Below, piece by piece: positions 60,537 through 64,000 of a stretch of DNA of 64,000 bases; the stretch's first letter is position 1, and each line of letters opens with the position of its first letter. The stretch lies in the NCBI GenBank assembly GCA_963697435.1, contig CAVOOB010000001.1, positions 142,276 to 206,275 on the forward strand, given 5' to 3'. This DNA is from an uncultured Gemmatimonadales bacterium (GTDB lineage Bacteria > Gemmatimonadota > Gemmatimonadetes > Gemmatimonadales > GWC2-71-9). Below the pieces are notes generated by a model. The model was not told the DNA's origin. It did not search any database and worked only from the letters and a program-made list of their open reading frames with translations. Both the position numbers and the translations under genes were made by a program.

Positions 60537-61590
60537 TTACGGCAGTTGCTTGAGGGTCACATCGCCCGACCCGGTATCGATGGTAATCCTCCCCTTCCCG
60601 TCCCCGATCGTCCCCACCAATCCGTCGCGCCCCTTCCGCGTCACCTGGAGCGGGAACTCCGTGGTGATATCGCCGCTGCTGGTCTCGATCTCGACCGCCG
60701 CGCCCATCGATTTCGGCGCCGACACCTCGACATCTCCCGACCCGGTATCCACAGACAGGTCATCGATGTCGCCGGTGAGGGCGATCCGGACGTCCCCGCT
60801 GCCGGTGTCGATTTCCACATCGCCGACCGTCGCTGTGGTGACCGTCACATCCCCCGAGCCGGTCTCGATGGACAGTTCGCTGGCCGTGACTCCCTCGATC
60901 CGCACATCGCCGGAGCCGGTGTCCAGAGACAACTCATCCGTCTTGATGTTGCTGAGAACGATGTCGCCCGATCCGGTATCGATGGAGAGCGAACCGTCGT
61001 GCCCTGCGAGCGTCACATCCCCTGAGCCGGTATCGATCGAGAGCGACCCCGATCCATTTGTGCCGGAGACGTCGGCGCTTGCGGTTTCCACCTCGATCGA
61101 GCCATTGACGTTGGTAAGCGTCACTTTGCCGACCCCGAGATTCAGCTCGATGCGCGTCCCCCTGGGAAGCATGAGGCGAATATCGGCCCACGCCATCAGG
61201 CCGCCGGAGCGCGACATGATCTTCACCTTCCGCCCCCCTTTGTCCCAGTCACCGCCGTGGTTGAAGGTCCCATCGTCCCGCACACGGACGTTTGTCTCGG
61301 AGTTGCTGCCCATGGCAGGGTAGCTGAACTCGGAACCGGGGTAGACGACGCTCAGCTTCCCGCTCGGTGTTCTGGATGGCCAACCTGGCGGCATCCTTCC
61401 CCGTGCGGGTGATTTCGGCCACGGCGGTGTTGCCCGTCGAGGGCTCGACCTGGAGCGTCCCGATGAGATTGTAGAGCTCGAGGTTCGATCCGGAGAGTTC
61501 GAATCGCTCGGCCTGCTGCGCCTGGAGGCCCATGAGCGGTGCGGTTGCGAGGACGAGCGTGGCAGCGACGAGGCGGACGGGATGAGTCAC
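60537..61590 (-). pseudogene. DUF4097-type beta-helical 'putative adhesin' protein, one frameshift
   Basis: The signal-bearing ORF 61249..61590 (MTHPVRLVAATLVLATAPLMGLQA) joins ORF 60537..61394, which carries many (I/V)DTGSGDV repeats. The shift is near ~61360 (...LAIQNT / GKLSVVYPGSEF). Confidence 0.7.
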
Positions 61591-61658
61591 GGTGCGGGCT
61601 CCTGAGGATGGGTATCAGGACGTTGGACGGGGGATTGGGCAAAAAGGTTGCAGGCGCC

Positions 61659-62956
61659 TTACCGCGGCGCTACCGATACCCCTTCCAGCAGGATCGGGGG
61701 CATGGCCAGGCTTCCCCGCCATTCCACCTCACTGCCCAGCCCGGCAATATGGCCCAGCAGTTCATAGGCGTTCCCCGCAACAGCCGCATCCTTGACTCGG
61801 CCCACGATCTCGCCACCGGTGACGCGATAGGCGAGGGCCACAGGATGCGAAAAGGCCCCACCGATGACGTTGCCCTGCCCCACCCCGATCAGCTCGTCGA
61901 CGATCAGCCCGTCGGGGACCCTCGCCACGAGCTCGTCCCAGGTCAGCTCCCCCGGCGAGACGACGAGGTTGGAATACGCTGCCTGCGGCTTGCCGAAGGT
62001 GGTCCGCCGGGCATGCCCGGTGGCGGGGACACCGGCGCGCGCCGCCGTCTCCAGATCGTAGATGAACCCGGCGACCACCCCCCGATCCACCAGCGGGAGC
62101 CGCCGTGTCACCACCCCTTCGTCGTCGATGGCACGGGAGCCGGGTGCCCCGGCCACCCACGGGTCGTCGGTCAGCGAAAGCGCCGGGTCAAACGCGCGCG
62201 CTCCCAACCGCTCTCCCAGCGGAGAGATGCCCTGGAGCACGGCCTTCCCCTGGCATGCCTGCCGGAGCGGGAGGAAGAGCGCGGCCGAGCCGGCTGCCGT
62301 GAACAACACCGGCAACTCGCCGCGCGGCGGTGGCGCAGACGTCTGGGCCCACCGTACCCGTCGCCGGATCGATTCCGCCAGCCCCGCGATGACCGACTCA
62401 CCAGGGAGGTCCGCGGCGGCATGGTAGTCGCCGACCATCAGGATGTCGTCGCCGCGACGCGGGTCAACTCGGCGGCGAACGACACGGTCGTCACGTCGTA
62501 GGTGGCTTCCACGCCCCGACTGTTCACCACCCGCACCGACACCGGCGCTTCGCTCCACCGTCACGTTCACCTGCCAGCCGTCGTGCGGGAGCCGTTCCAG
62601 GAGGGAGTGCCCCAGCGCGGCCAGGTCGGCCACGGAGGCAGCGGCCGCCGCCGGAGAATGGGTACGCACCGCCGGCAGGGGAGCGGGTGCGGGCAGGAAG
62701 AGGTCCACCGGTTCGCCGAGGGAGGCCGACGCGAGCGCCGCGTCGACGACGCCGTCCGGAGTGGCCGATGTGCGAGCCGGCGACGCCCAGCCGGCCACCG
62801 GCCAGGACGCGCAGGTTGACACCGCGCTCCTGCGACCACGAGGTGCTCTTCAGTCGCCCTGCCTCGAAGAGGAGCGTGACCGTCTCGTCGCGTCTTGAGG
62901 GTTGCATCGGCGGCCTCCGCCCGGGAAGCGGCGAGCTCAAGGAGCCGGACGATCAT
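61659..62956 (-). pseudogene. pmbA: PmbA/TldE-family protein, at least 4 frameshifts
   Basis: MIVRLLELAASRAEAADATLKT / RRDETVTLLFEAGRLKSTSWSQERGVNLRVLAGGRLG / WASPARTS... / a C-terminal 387-aa ORF ending ...GGAFSHPVALAYRVTGGEIVGRV. The ATG overlaps the tldD stop (ATGA). Confidence 0.7.
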
Positions 62957-64000
62957 GAGACGCTTCCGCCCACGAGCGCCTCGCTGATCCGGACATGGGG
63001 AGCGCCTTCGGTCACGGGAAGCGGGGCCTGCCCTCCCTTGCCGCACCCGCCGCCGAGCTCGTTCCACTGGAAATCGCCGGCGATCCGGTCGATGCGGTCC
63101 ATCGTCTGGAAGAGGTTGCCCGCGATCACGACATCCTTGACCAGCTCGGCGAGCTGGCCGTCGCGAATCATGTAGCCGTGCCCGGCCGTGAAGGAGAAAT
63201 CCTCGAGCAAGGTCTGCCCCCCCTGGGCATCGCACGCGTAGATGCCGAGCGGGATGTCCTTGAACAGGTCGTCGCGGGTGCCGCTGCCGTTGGCAATGTA
63301 GGTGTTGGTCATCCGGACGATCGGCGGGTGGCGGAACGAGAGCGCTCGGGCATTGCCGGTCGGGGCTTCGTTCATGCGCGCGGCGGTCTCCCGGGAGTGG
63401 AGCCGACCGACGAGGACACCGTTCTGGATGAGGACGGTGTTCCGGGTCGGCGTCCCCTCGTCGTCGTAGGGGAGGGTGCCCCGGAGGGCGGCGGCGCTGC
63501 CGTCGTCGCCGATCGTCAGATCCGGACCGCCGAACCGCCGGCCGAGGGTCATCATCTCCTGGGCCTGCTGGTTCTCATAGACGAAATCGGCTTCGCTCAG
63601 GTGGCCGAACGCCTCGTGCACGAATACCCCTGCCAGCTTCTGGTCGAGCACGACGGGATAGGTGCCACCCCGGACCCGCGGGGCGGTGAGCAGTGCGACG
63701 GCGCGGTCTGCGGCGGCGAGAAACTGCTCCTCCCGGTTCTGCACGGCGTCCCAACCGGAGCGGCGCCCCAGCGACTCGAAGCGCCCGTTCGATGGTCCCC
63801 TGGTCCCGGGCAACCGCGACGGCGGAGAGCGTCACCTCTGGCCGAAGCTCCGAGAGGAGGGTCCCGTCGGAGTTGGCGTACCAGTATTCAACCACTTCGT
63901 CGCGATAGCCCGCCTGGGTATCGACGATCCGGCGATCATGCCCCAGCATCAGCCCGTTGAGCGACTCGAGGTGCTGCTTCTTCGCGTCCAGGGAGATGCC
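62953..64000 (-). pseudogene. tldD: TldD-family metalloprotease, 5' end beyond the right edge; one frameshift in the window
   Basis: HEAFGHLSEAD motif, ...GNARALSFRHPPIVRMTNTY. The frame changes near ~63785 between ORF 63575..63949 and ORF 62953..63813. Confidence 0.75.

Overview
High-G+C bacterial chromosome segment. The gene content and protein style suggest a Gemmatimonadota/Acidobacteriota-like soil bacterium, but that placement is inference only. I recognised no rRNA, tRNA or CRISPR array.

**1) 1-14 kb, accessory island.** It holds broken surface-protein genes, a three-copy ~100-150 bp repeat family that brackets gene cassettes, and A/T-richer cargo genes (HEPN-like, RES, DUF2971). At its core (~5.2-12.5 kb) is a casposon-like element. 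This element has a solo Cas1 (casposase-like, with a C-terminal HTH), an HTH gene, an HNH nuclease and a ~1055-codon family B DNA polymerase. There is no cas2 and no array, and most of its core genes are interrupted by frameshifts or a stop codon.

**2) 14-22 kb.** A 1268-aa lipoprotein has seven near-identical 321-bp tandem Ig-like repeats plus an RCC1 propeller. An OMP and a frameshifted Zn-metalloprotease follow.

**3) 22-36.3 kb, one long minus-strand cluster.**
- ccmH-like, ccmF and ccmE. The CcmE is the Cys variant (CxxxY).
- hypE, hypD, hypC, hypF, hypB and hypA. The HypA lacks its Zn finger.
- A group-1 [NiFe] uptake hydrogenase: protease, cytochrome b, large subunit and small subunit.

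**4) 36.7-43.5 kb, divergent from the hydrogenase.** This is a porin-cytochrome-like cluster of three multihaem cytochromes c plus a beta-barrel protein. About 40 haem-binding motifs are visible, but all four genes are heavily frameshifted.

**5) 43.5-64 kb, mostly intact housekeeping genes.** These are two hsp20 genes, a UbiA prenyltransferase, glpK, recF, DUF721, a SigR/RsrA-like module, gyrB, deoA and ligA. The window ends with frameshifted DUF4097, pmbA-like and tldD genes.

Frame disruptions are strongly clustered rather than uniform. They need read-level verification.
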